A DNA stretch of 41,960 nt from the IMG/VR virus record IMGVR_UViG_3300037235_000027, positions 1-41,960 of that record; one strand, written 5' to 3'. Shown here in pieces: positions 35,342 through 41,960 of this stretch. This DNA comes from a virus. Taxonomy: Duplodnaviria; Caudoviricetes. The notes beneath the pieces are model-generated. The model was given only the letters and a program-made list of their open reading frames with translations, ran no database searches and was not told where the DNA came from. The position numbers and the translations under genes are program-made. Position 1 is the stretch's first letter. Every line of letters starts with the position of its first letter.

Positions 35342-36223
35342 ATGACAGAGATCCATATAATCGGTGCGGGTATGGCAGGACTATTGGCAGCCAATATTCT
35401 GAGGCGCCACAAAGTAACTGTACTTGAAAAACAAAAGGAATTGCCTAACAATCATCATGCTGTATTGCGCTTCAAATCAGATGAGATTGGACATCTATTG
35501 GGTATTACATTTAAAAAAGTTAATATGATCAAGACAGTTGCATCATATACTAACAATATAGTGGCAGATAGTCTGTCCTATTCAAAGAAAGTAACTGGCA
35601 AATATTTGTCAAATAGATCAATTATTGATGGAACTGTTACTGCTGAGCGTTGGATTGCTCCAGAAAATCTAATCGAACAGATGGCAGAGACTGTTCTTAT
35701 TTCATTCAATACAGAATGGACACCTAGAGTAAAAGCTCAAATTCCAATTCCTGTTATATCGACTATACCTATGCCACAATTAATGAATATACTAGGTTAT
35801 GAATGTAAAGAATTTTTCACAAATATACCAGGTATAGTATTTACTGGTACAATACAAAATTGTGATGCTTATTGTTCTATTTTATTTCCTGGACCAGAAC
35901 CATTTAGTCGCGCCACTATTACTGGAGATCAATTAATAATAGAATTTCCAGGTATGGAAGAAGTACCAGAAAGTTTGGATATAGCTAAAGCCTATTGGCA
36001 ATTAGGTTTTTCTGATGCTGTTATTCTTGACGCAGAATTCAGTAATCAGCCATACTTCAAAATTACAGAGATAGATGAAGCAGAAAGAAAAGCATTCCAA
36101 CGTTGGGCAACTGTCACGTACGGGATCTATTCTCTTGGTCGCTACGCGACTTGGAGACCAAAATTACTACTTGATGATCTCGTAGATGATATTCGCAAAA
36201 TAGAAGGATGGATCTGCAAATGA
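35342..36223 (+). CDS. FAD/NAD-binding oxidoreductase (UDP-galactopyranose mutase-like ends)
   Basis: IIGAGMAGLLAA Rossmann motif, ISTIPMP, SLGRYATWR. Confidence 0.8.
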   Translation: MTEIHIIGAGMAGLLAANILRRHKVTVLEKQKELPNNHHAVLRFKSDEIGHLLGITFKKVNMIKTVASYTNNIVADSLSYSKKVTGKYLSNRSIIDGTVTAERWIAPENLIEQMAETVLISFNTEWTPRVKAQIPIPVISTIPMPQLMNILGYECKEFFTNIPGIVFTGTIQNCDAYCSILFPGPEPFSRATITGDQLIIEFPGMEEVPESLDIAKAYWQLGFSDAVILDAEFSNQPYFKITEIDEAERKAFQRWATVTYGIYSLGRYATWRPKLLLDDLVDDIRKIEGWICK

Positions 36224-36483
36224 AAAAACATGGTCTAGGCGACGGTCCAATAGAACCAGAATATAAACAGAAAATGAATGAACTAGCTATGTTCATTGAT
36301 AGATACTTTAATGAGGATCCAAAAGATAAGAGAGTAGGTTTTTGTCTGATGGTCTTCAATTTTGGTGGAGGTCCTGGGCGCGCCAACTACATCTCCAATG
36401 CTGTTCGCAAAGATGTAGTCACATTGCTTAAAGAACAATTGGCTCGTTTTGAAGGTATGCCAGATCAAACAGGGAGAGCGTGA
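36208..36483 (+). CDS. hypothetical protein
   Basis: GF.L.VF.F...NYISN..R; operon packing. Confidence 0.7.
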   Translation: MDLQMKKHGLGDGPIEPEYKQKMNELAMFIDRYFNEDPKDKRVGFCLMVFNFGGGPGRANYISNAVRKDVVTLLKEQLARFEGMPDQTGRA

Positions 36484-36686
36484 TGACATTCGAGCAACTA
36501 CTAAAGAAAGCTGAAGAAGAAGCCAACGAGCATGAGTTGGTAACATTAGATGTTAAACAAATAAGAAGTTTTCTTGATGGACATAGTGTATTGGAAGAAC
36601 TTGATAGTGCTTTAGATTGGGCGCAAGGTGCAGTCCATTCTAAAGAAGTGAGAATTTCTTACATTCTTATCAAAGTAGTAGAATAG
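36480..36686 (+). CDS. hypothetical protein
   Basis: GTGA coupling. Confidence 0.6.
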   Translation: MMTFEQLLKKAEEEANEHELVTLDVKQIRSFLDGHSVLEELDSALDWAQGAVHSKEVRISYILIKVVE

Positions 36687-36695
36687 GAGGCAAAA

Positions 36696-36944
36696 ATGAT
36701 CAAAGCTACCGCAAAACAGGCTAATGGAAAAGATCTATTGATAATTGGTCTAAGTTTTGGAAACCTTGATAAATTCCGTGCTGAGCCAGGAGATACATTC
36801 ATCAAAATTCTTGGTGAAAATATGGGCATATCTATGGATGTTCTGATATTCTCTGGTCAAACTGAAGCACATATGCAAGGTTTAATGTCAAAAGTGATCG
36901 GACCAGATACTAAAGTTCATATTGATCCAAAACTAAAGAGCTAA
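36696..36944 (+). CDS. hypothetical protein
   Basis: AGGAGG RBS. Confidence 0.7.
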   Translation: MIKATAKQANGKDLLIIGLSFGNLDKFRAEPGDTFIKILGENMGISMDVLIFSGQTEAHMQGLMSKVIGPDTKVHIDPKLKS

Positions 36945-36956
36945 TGGAGGTAGCAA

Positions 36957-37700
36957 ATGCGAGTGACTCTATTTGATGGAACAGGCTTTGGCTCTCCAAA
37001 TCCAGAGCGCCACGCAGCTAATGTGATTGTCTTCACGAGAAACACTCGATTAAAAATGACTCCGGAAGGTATGGCTTCTATTCAAGAAAAGCCAGATTAT
37101 GAAATTTTAAAGGAACTCAAAGAGGCAGCTAATACGCTGCCTTCATCATGGGAATTTGTGACATTCTCATTTTTAATCCAAGGTGTCACAAGAGCGTTTA
37201 CACATCAATTGGTGCGCACCAGACAAGCTGGTTATGCTCAACAAGCTCTGCGCATTGTAGAAGTGTCAGATTTTGAATACTCAACAGGACCAACAATAGC
37301 AAACGATAGATTGATAAAAGGTGCATATCATAATACAATGGATAATGCATTTCAATGTTATAAGTTCTTGATAGAAGCAGGTGCCAGTACTGAAGATGCA
37401 CGTGGTGTACTACCCTTGAATATACATACAAATATTTGTATGTATATCAATATGCGAAACTTCATTAATCTAACCAGAAAGCGTGTCAGTAAACGAGTTC
37501 AAGATGAATATAGAGGTGTACTTGATGCTTGTATAATGGAAATAGAAAAAACATATCCATGGTTCTATCTATTCTACAAGAATGACGCATTCAAAGCCAG
37601 AAAAGATTTGCAGGATATGATATGGGAAAATAAGTATCTTACTCCTGAAGACAAAACAAACATGGTCAAGAAGCTCGATATAATGATGCCGGACTTGTAA
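36957..37700 (+). CDS. thyX: flavin-dependent thymidylate synthase-like (atypical motif)
   Basis: EF.TFSF.I.GVTRAFTHQLVRTR, EDARGVLP, N.R, R...R.Q.E. Confidence 0.85.
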   Translation: MRVTLFDGTGFGSPNPERHAANVIVFTRNTRLKMTPEGMASIQEKPDYEILKELKEAANTLPSSWEFVTFSFLIQGVTRAFTHQLVRTRQAGYAQQALRIVEVSDFEYSTGPTIANDRLIKGAYHNTMDNAFQCYKFLIEAGASTEDARGVLPLNIHTNICMYINMRNFINLTRKRVSKRVQDEYRGVLDACIMEIEKTYPWFYLFYKNDAFKARKDLQDMIWENKYLTPEDKTNMVKKLDIMMPDL

Positions 37701-37701
37701 A

Positions 37702-37887
37702 ATGCCAATACCAAAACTAAGTTGGTCAGAATCAAAAGCACTAGATGTTTCAGCTTGCTATCAGATGGGAAAGATGGCTCGCCAAAGGAAAGTGCCAAAG
37801 GAAGATAATCCTTGGATGCCTTTATCTCAATTTGCTATATATTGGGATAAAGGCTGGGATGATGAGGACAATCTAATCAATCAATGA
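37702..37887 (+). CDS. Rmf/CrpP-fold-like small protein
   Basis: YQMG..A.......NPW......W..GW. Confidence 0.5.
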   Translation: MPIPKLSWSESKALDVSACYQMGKMARQRKVPKEDNPWMPLSQFAIYWDKGWDDEDNLINQ

Positions 37888-38312
37888 TAATATTGGTTGA
37901 CATTGATCATACTGTTAGCAACGCCTTCTGGCGCGACGGTATGATTGGGACTGAAACATGGGATTACTATCACGAGCAATCTAAGTTTGACAAGCCATTT
38001 AAGAACGTAGTAAATTTATTAAACGCTTTATCCAATTCTGGATATAATATAATGGGCATTACAGGAAGAAATGAAAAGAATAGACAATTGACTGTTGCTT
38101 GGTTAGTACAGAACAAAGTAGATATAGATGAGCTATTGATGCGCCCAGATAATGATTATACTAAGAATGGAGAACTAAAGGTTAAATTGATACAGGAACG
38201 TTTCAAAGGAGACTTCAAAAATATACACTTCCTTATTGACGATAATGAAGATGCAATCCTAGCGTTTATGGCTATTGGTATCGCAACACTCCAGATAAGG
38301 AACATAAAATGA
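37884..38312 (+). CDS. HAD phosphatase (PNKP C-terminal type)
   Basis: DIDHT, ITGR, LLMRP, K, IDDN. Confidence 0.85.
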   Translation: MIILVDIDHTVSNAFWRDGMIGTETWDYYHEQSKFDKPFKNVVNLLNALSNSGYNIMGITGRNEKNRQLTVAWLVQNKVDIDELLMRPDNDYTKNGELKVKLIQERFKGDFKNIHFLIDDNEDAILAFMAIGIATLQIRNIK

Positions 38313-39187
38313 TGATAGTATTCGAGATGCCATGTCACAGAGGTCATCTATTAGCGCATATTGTTACTGTGGCAAGACATACTAAATCTGATAAAATTGC
38401 TTTTGCTGTTGCTACAAATGGCAAAGAAATGTATGGCAGAGAAGATTATAATATACTTACTCACAATTTTGCTTCTGAGTATATAGAAAACAAAATTACA
38501 GAACCTTGGGTTTCAATGGTAGAGTTGCGCGCCAATGCGAATAAGGTTGCCAATAAGTATTTTAATACTGAACTTAGAATTATGGCAGATCATAACTTTA
38601 TATTTAAGGATGGCTGGGAAGATTACATACTTGAAGCTGTAGATGATATGGCACGTTTCTCAAATCTAATTAAGCGTCCATGCTATATGGGAATGGGCGG
38701 TGCTTTTGGATCATACGGACACGGACGAAAAGCATTTATTGGACCACAACCTATTTTTCCATGCGGTAGAGGGATCATCTATAATATGCCATTTGTTTGG
38801 GAATTTATGCAAAAATTGCCTTGTGCTGGAGAAGAACAATATATGACATCAATTCTATTTAAACGAGGTCATGTTCCTCTTAGAAAGATGATGAGTCCAA
38901 TTCATCATACGATGAACACAAACCGTTCTATATTGGATAATATAAATGCTGATATATACAATCCTGAGCTTATTAGACAAATTTGGAATGATCCTAATTG
39001 GATGTTTACGCCCAAGTATTCTAATACAATCAGACCTCCTCCTGGGCGCTACTTTGCTCATTGCCCAAGAAATGCTATGAAAGAAATGGCAAAATTAAAA
39101 GCATTTCTATTAACACTTCCAGGTGTAGAAGAATTCACTAGACCAGACTATGGAACTAAACTAAAAGGAAAGGATCTGTTTGTATGA
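38309..39187 (+). CDS. GT-A glycosyltransferase-like protein (degenerate DxD)
   Basis: ELR...IMADHNFIF...GRG.I...GEE; similar in layout to 39933..40751. Confidence 0.5.
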   Translation: MMIVFEMPCHRGHLLAHIVTVARHTKSDKIAFAVATNGKEMYGREDYNILTHNFASEYIENKITEPWVSMVELRANANKVANKYFNTELRIMADHNFIFKDGWEDYILEAVDDMARFSNLIKRPCYMGMGGAFGSYGHGRKAFIGPQPIFPCGRGIIYNMPFVWEFMQKLPCAGEEQYMTSILFKRGHVPLRKMMSPIHHTMNTNRSILDNINADIYNPELIRQIWNDPNWMFTPKYSNTIRPPPGRYFAHCPRNAMKEMAKLKAFLLTLPGVEEFTRPDYGTKLKGKDLFV

Positions 39188-39936
39188 TTCTTCTCGAAGA
39201 AGAAATTCAACCTTTATTCTGGACTCCTAGTCGTCTTGATAAAGATAGTTCTTGGTGGGGTCATGTGCCATTTGCACATTGGTTAGTATCAATTTGTAAG
39301 CCGCGCATCTTAGTTGAATTGGGAACTGAGAAGGGTGTATCTTATTCAGCTTTTTGTGATGCAATAGTTAAGTCATATATTTTTAAAGCTGAGCTTTTTG
39401 CTGTCGATACTTGGAAAGGAGATGATCATACAGGATCATATGATGATAGTGTTTATCAAGAATTATATGAATTTAATGATACTCATTATCCTATTTTCTC
39501 CAAATTATTACGTATGACTTTTGATGATGCGCGCGATTTATTTTTCGATCATACAATAGATATTCTACACATAGATGGATATCATACGTATGATGCTGTT
39601 AAACACGACTTTGATCATTGGCGTCTAAAACTTTCTGATAGAGCAGTTGTATTATTTCATGATACTAATATACGTAATAAAGAAGATTTTGGTGTTTGGA
39701 AATTTTTTGAAGAATTAGAGAAAGAATTTCCAACCTTTAATTTTCTTCATTCTTATGGTCTTGGTGTTGTTGTAATAGGAAGTAATGTACCACAACCAAT
39801 AGAAGATTTATGTTTTATGACAGAACATAATATAGAAAAAGTCAGAAATATCTTTTCACATTTAGGAGCGATTTGGGTTGGTGTAAATCGTTCTTATCGT
39901 TCATTAGATCTTCTTAATGGTGGGAGTATAAGATGA
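39184..39936 (+). CDS. class I SAM methyltransferase (Methyltransf_24-like)
   Basis: VELGT..G.S, AVDTW.GD, IDILHIDG.HTY, FHD. Confidence 0.85.
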   Translation: MILLEEEIQPLFWTPSRLDKDSSWWGHVPFAHWLVSICKPRILVELGTEKGVSYSAFCDAIVKSYIFKAELFAVDTWKGDDHTGSYDDSVYQELYEFNDTHYPIFSKLLRMTFDDARDLFFDHTIDILHIDGYHTYDAVKHDFDHWRLKLSDRAVVLFHDTNIRNKEDFGVWKFFEELEKEFPTFNFLHSYGLGVVVIGSNVPQPIEDLCFMTEHNIEKVRNIFSHLGAIWVGVNRSYRSLDLLNGGSIR

Positions 39937-40751
39937 GACTAGCTTTCTGTTTCATATCTAATAAAAAAGATAATCTTTTGAAATTAATGACTCATTTTCA
40001 TTATAATAATGATTGGAGTTGTATTGATAGTTTTACCACAAATGTACTAATTAATCCACCAATACAGAAGGATTTTCCACAACAACTATTTCTTGGTCAT
40101 GATTGGAATTTTAAATGGAAATCATATCATATGTCGCCATATATAGATTTCTTTTGGCTTAGACAAGATGCTATATCTATGGCAGATAATGCAGATTTTA
40201 TTTTTCTAGGTGATGATGATATGGTATTTAAGAAAGGCTCAACAGAAATTATTAATGAATGCTGTCTATATATGAAAGAAAATCCAGACTGTGGTGCAAT
40301 CTACCTAAGTGATAAATTTGGTGACGAATATAAGACTCATGATGAGAAAATTTACATTATCAATTCAGGCCATATAAGTATCAATCGCGGAATATTGGTG
40401 CGCAACAGAGAGATTGTGATGGATAATCGTTTACATTCTGTTGGGGCATGTGATGATTGGGCAGTAGGCTTTACTGCTATGATGCAAGGATACTATTTGG
40501 CGCGTAAATTGTATGTGCCAATTGAACATCCTGTTGTGACAAGAATTGGTAAAATAAGTGAAGGAGGAGTTAATATAGGATCAGATATAAATTTTCTGAA
40601 AACACAAGGTATCTTTTCTAAGATTAATGAGGTTATAGGTCCAATCGAAGATCCAGGTATATGGCCCAAAAATATATTTAAACTATATCGTCAATCAGCG
40701 ATGTTGAAAGGGTTCGTTCCCAAGTACGATGTTGAAGGGAGTGTGTTATGA
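39933..40751 (+). CDS. GT-A glycosyltransferase-like protein
   Basis: ADFIFLGDDDMVF DxD motif; G.CDDW. Confidence 0.65.
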   Translation: MRLAFCFISNKKDNLLKLMTHFHYNNDWSCIDSFTTNVLINPPIQKDFPQQLFLGHDWNFKWKSYHMSPYIDFFWLRQDAISMADNADFIFLGDDDMVFKKGSTEIINECCLYMKENPDCGAIYLSDKFGDEYKTHDEKIYIINSGHISINRGILVRNREIVMDNRLHSVGACDDWAVGFTAMMQGYYLARKLYVPIEHPVVTRIGKISEGGVNIGSDINFLKTQGIFSKINEVIGPIEDPGIWPKNIFKLYRQSAMLKGFVPKYDVEGSVL

Positions 40752-41230
40752 CTGCAACGCGACAAGAAATCGTATCTTTGGTTGTTGGTGCATTTTTTGA
40801 TGCGGAGAAATCACCAGCACAAAGAAAACTCAAAAAATTAGCTGAAGAAGATGGTGTTGATCTTCAAAACAACAGAATGGCTTTTGCTGAATGGCTAGGA
40901 CAAAAGTTAAATGGTCAAACTGAATCTCAATCTCAGCAAAGACCAAATAGTAGAGTGAAGGACAGATTCAAGAAATATTCTCCAAGAGAATGGATAGATA
41001 CAAAGATGAAAGATAGCCCATGGGCTAAAGCAGGTTTTCAAGGTATGAATAATAGAGATGAAGCACAAGATGTTATTGATGGAAATGATGCCATATTAGG
41101 TTTTCCATCATATAGAGATTGTACATGGGAGGAATTAGAAAATGCACCAGGTAATAGACCTGGATTTCTAATTAAGATGATCGTTGCACTTGAAAACTTC
41201 AACGAAAAATACTCATATATGCGACGATGA
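40748..41230 (+). CDS. hypothetical protein
   Basis: ATGA coupling on both sides. Confidence 0.65.
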   Translation: MTATRQEIVSLVVGAFFDAEKSPAQRKLKKLAEEDGVDLQNNRMAFAEWLGQKLNGQTESQSQQRPNSRVKDRFKKYSPREWIDTKMKDSPWAKAGFQGMNNRDEAQDVIDGNDAILGFPSYRDCTWEELENAPGNRPGFLIKMIVALENFNEKYSYMRR

Positions 41231-41760
41231 TAGCCGTAGTCTTTGATACAGAAACGACCGGATTGATCATCAATCCAGCACGTTCTCTTGCGCTGCAACC
41301 AGAAATCATCTCTTTTGCAGCGCAAGAGTTTGATCTAATGACTGGTGAAAAATTTAATTCATTTTATAGAATATTTAAGCCAACTAGACCGATTAGTGAA
41401 GAAATAACAAAGATCACAGGATTTACTAATGAGCAGCTTGCCATAGAACCTCCAATAAAAGACAGTTTAGATGAGATAACTATAATGTTGGAGAAAGCAA
41501 ATTTACTTATCGGTCAGAACATTACATTTGATAAGGGTATGGTGGAACTTGAATTAAAACGATACAATAAGAAAATTTTATGGCCTATGTCACTAGACTT
41601 AGTTGAACATACTATCTATCTTAAAGGGTACAGATTATCATTAACCAATTTACATTTAGAACTTTTTGGTGTAGGATTTGAGTCTGCGCACCAAGCTAAT
41701 GTAGATGTTGATGCAACATATCGTTGTGCTGTTGAATTATATAAGCGAGGGTTACTGTGA
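41227..41760 (+). CDS. dnaQ: DEDDh 3'-5' exonuclease (Pol III epsilon-like)
   Basis: FDTETTGL, QN..FD, AH.A..DV. Confidence 0.9.
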   Translation: MIAVVFDTETTGLIINPARSLALQPEIISFAAQEFDLMTGEKFNSFYRIFKPTRPISEEITKITGFTNEQLAIEPPIKDSLDEITIMLEKANLLIGQNITFDKGMVELELKRYNKKILWPMSLDLVEHTIYLKGYRLSLTNLHLELFGVGFESAHQANVDVDATYRCAVELYKRGLL

Positions 41761-41960
41761 GGATCAGATCTGAGTATAGCTTTCGCTATGCTTATGGGAA
41801 ACTACCAGACGTACACAATCGCGTTCTGGAGATGGATTGGAGTGCTTGTCCAATTAGTGACAGGGTAAGCACATTCAGCTTTACCTCTTGGAATTTACTG
41901 TGCGAACAAGTAAAAATGAAGCCAGTATTTGGTGTAGAATTGGGAGTCACATCTCTCTTA
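41757..41960 (+). CDS. dnaE: DNA polymerase III alpha-like, N-terminal PHP domain (partial)
   Basis: Manual translation MRIRSEYSFRYAYG...ISDR.STF...KPVFGVEL; GTGA overlap with dnaQ; truncated by the window. Confidence 0.75.
   Translation, partial: MRIRSEYSFRYAYGKLPDVHNRVLEMDWSACPISDRVSTFSFTSWNLLCEQVKMKPVFGVELGVTSLL

Noticed and set aside
1-41960. tRNA/tmRNA genes, integrase, reverse transcriptase, stop-codon recoding
   Set aside because: None recognised by eye; core genes are full length in the standard code, with TAA, TGA and TAG all used as stops

Overview
About 42 kb of a tailed dsDNA phage genome, mostly AT-rich. The host is probably alphaproteobacterial, inferred from GTTC-N7-GTTC LexA boxes, a DUF3309 gene and GCTGTTTGACA boxA-like motifs. 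Left to right: (1) a minus-strand packaging module (DUF1073-type portal, terminase large subunit) divergent from a NusG paralog; (2) a run of small genes, including a PD-(D/E)xK nuclease and a DfrB/R67-like SH3 protein; (3) a GC-rich islet and a repeat/IHF/LexA-rich non-coding region; (4) a DUF5906-type helicase, a displaced small terminase and a DUF3631 NTPase bracketed by 22-bp inverted repeats; (5) a ~570-nt highly structured leader RNA opening a long array of small genes, punctuated by three intact type II hammerhead ribozymes and related hairpin elements, each placed between a stop codon and a conserved RBS; (6) a RepB-type primase, HTH regulators and a replication/nucleotide-metabolism operon (ligase, SSB-like, DUF5664, SDR, FAD oxidoreductase, atypical ThyX, HAD phosphatase, glycosyltransferase-methyltransferase-glycosyltransferase, DnaQ, start of DnaE). 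The best candidates for new biology are the ribozyme-punctuated gene array with its large leader RNA, a shared terminal [KR]DLF peptide on replication and modification enzymes, and a possible DNA glyco-modification pathway. All family calls come from motifs recognised by eye; no database search or folding program was run.
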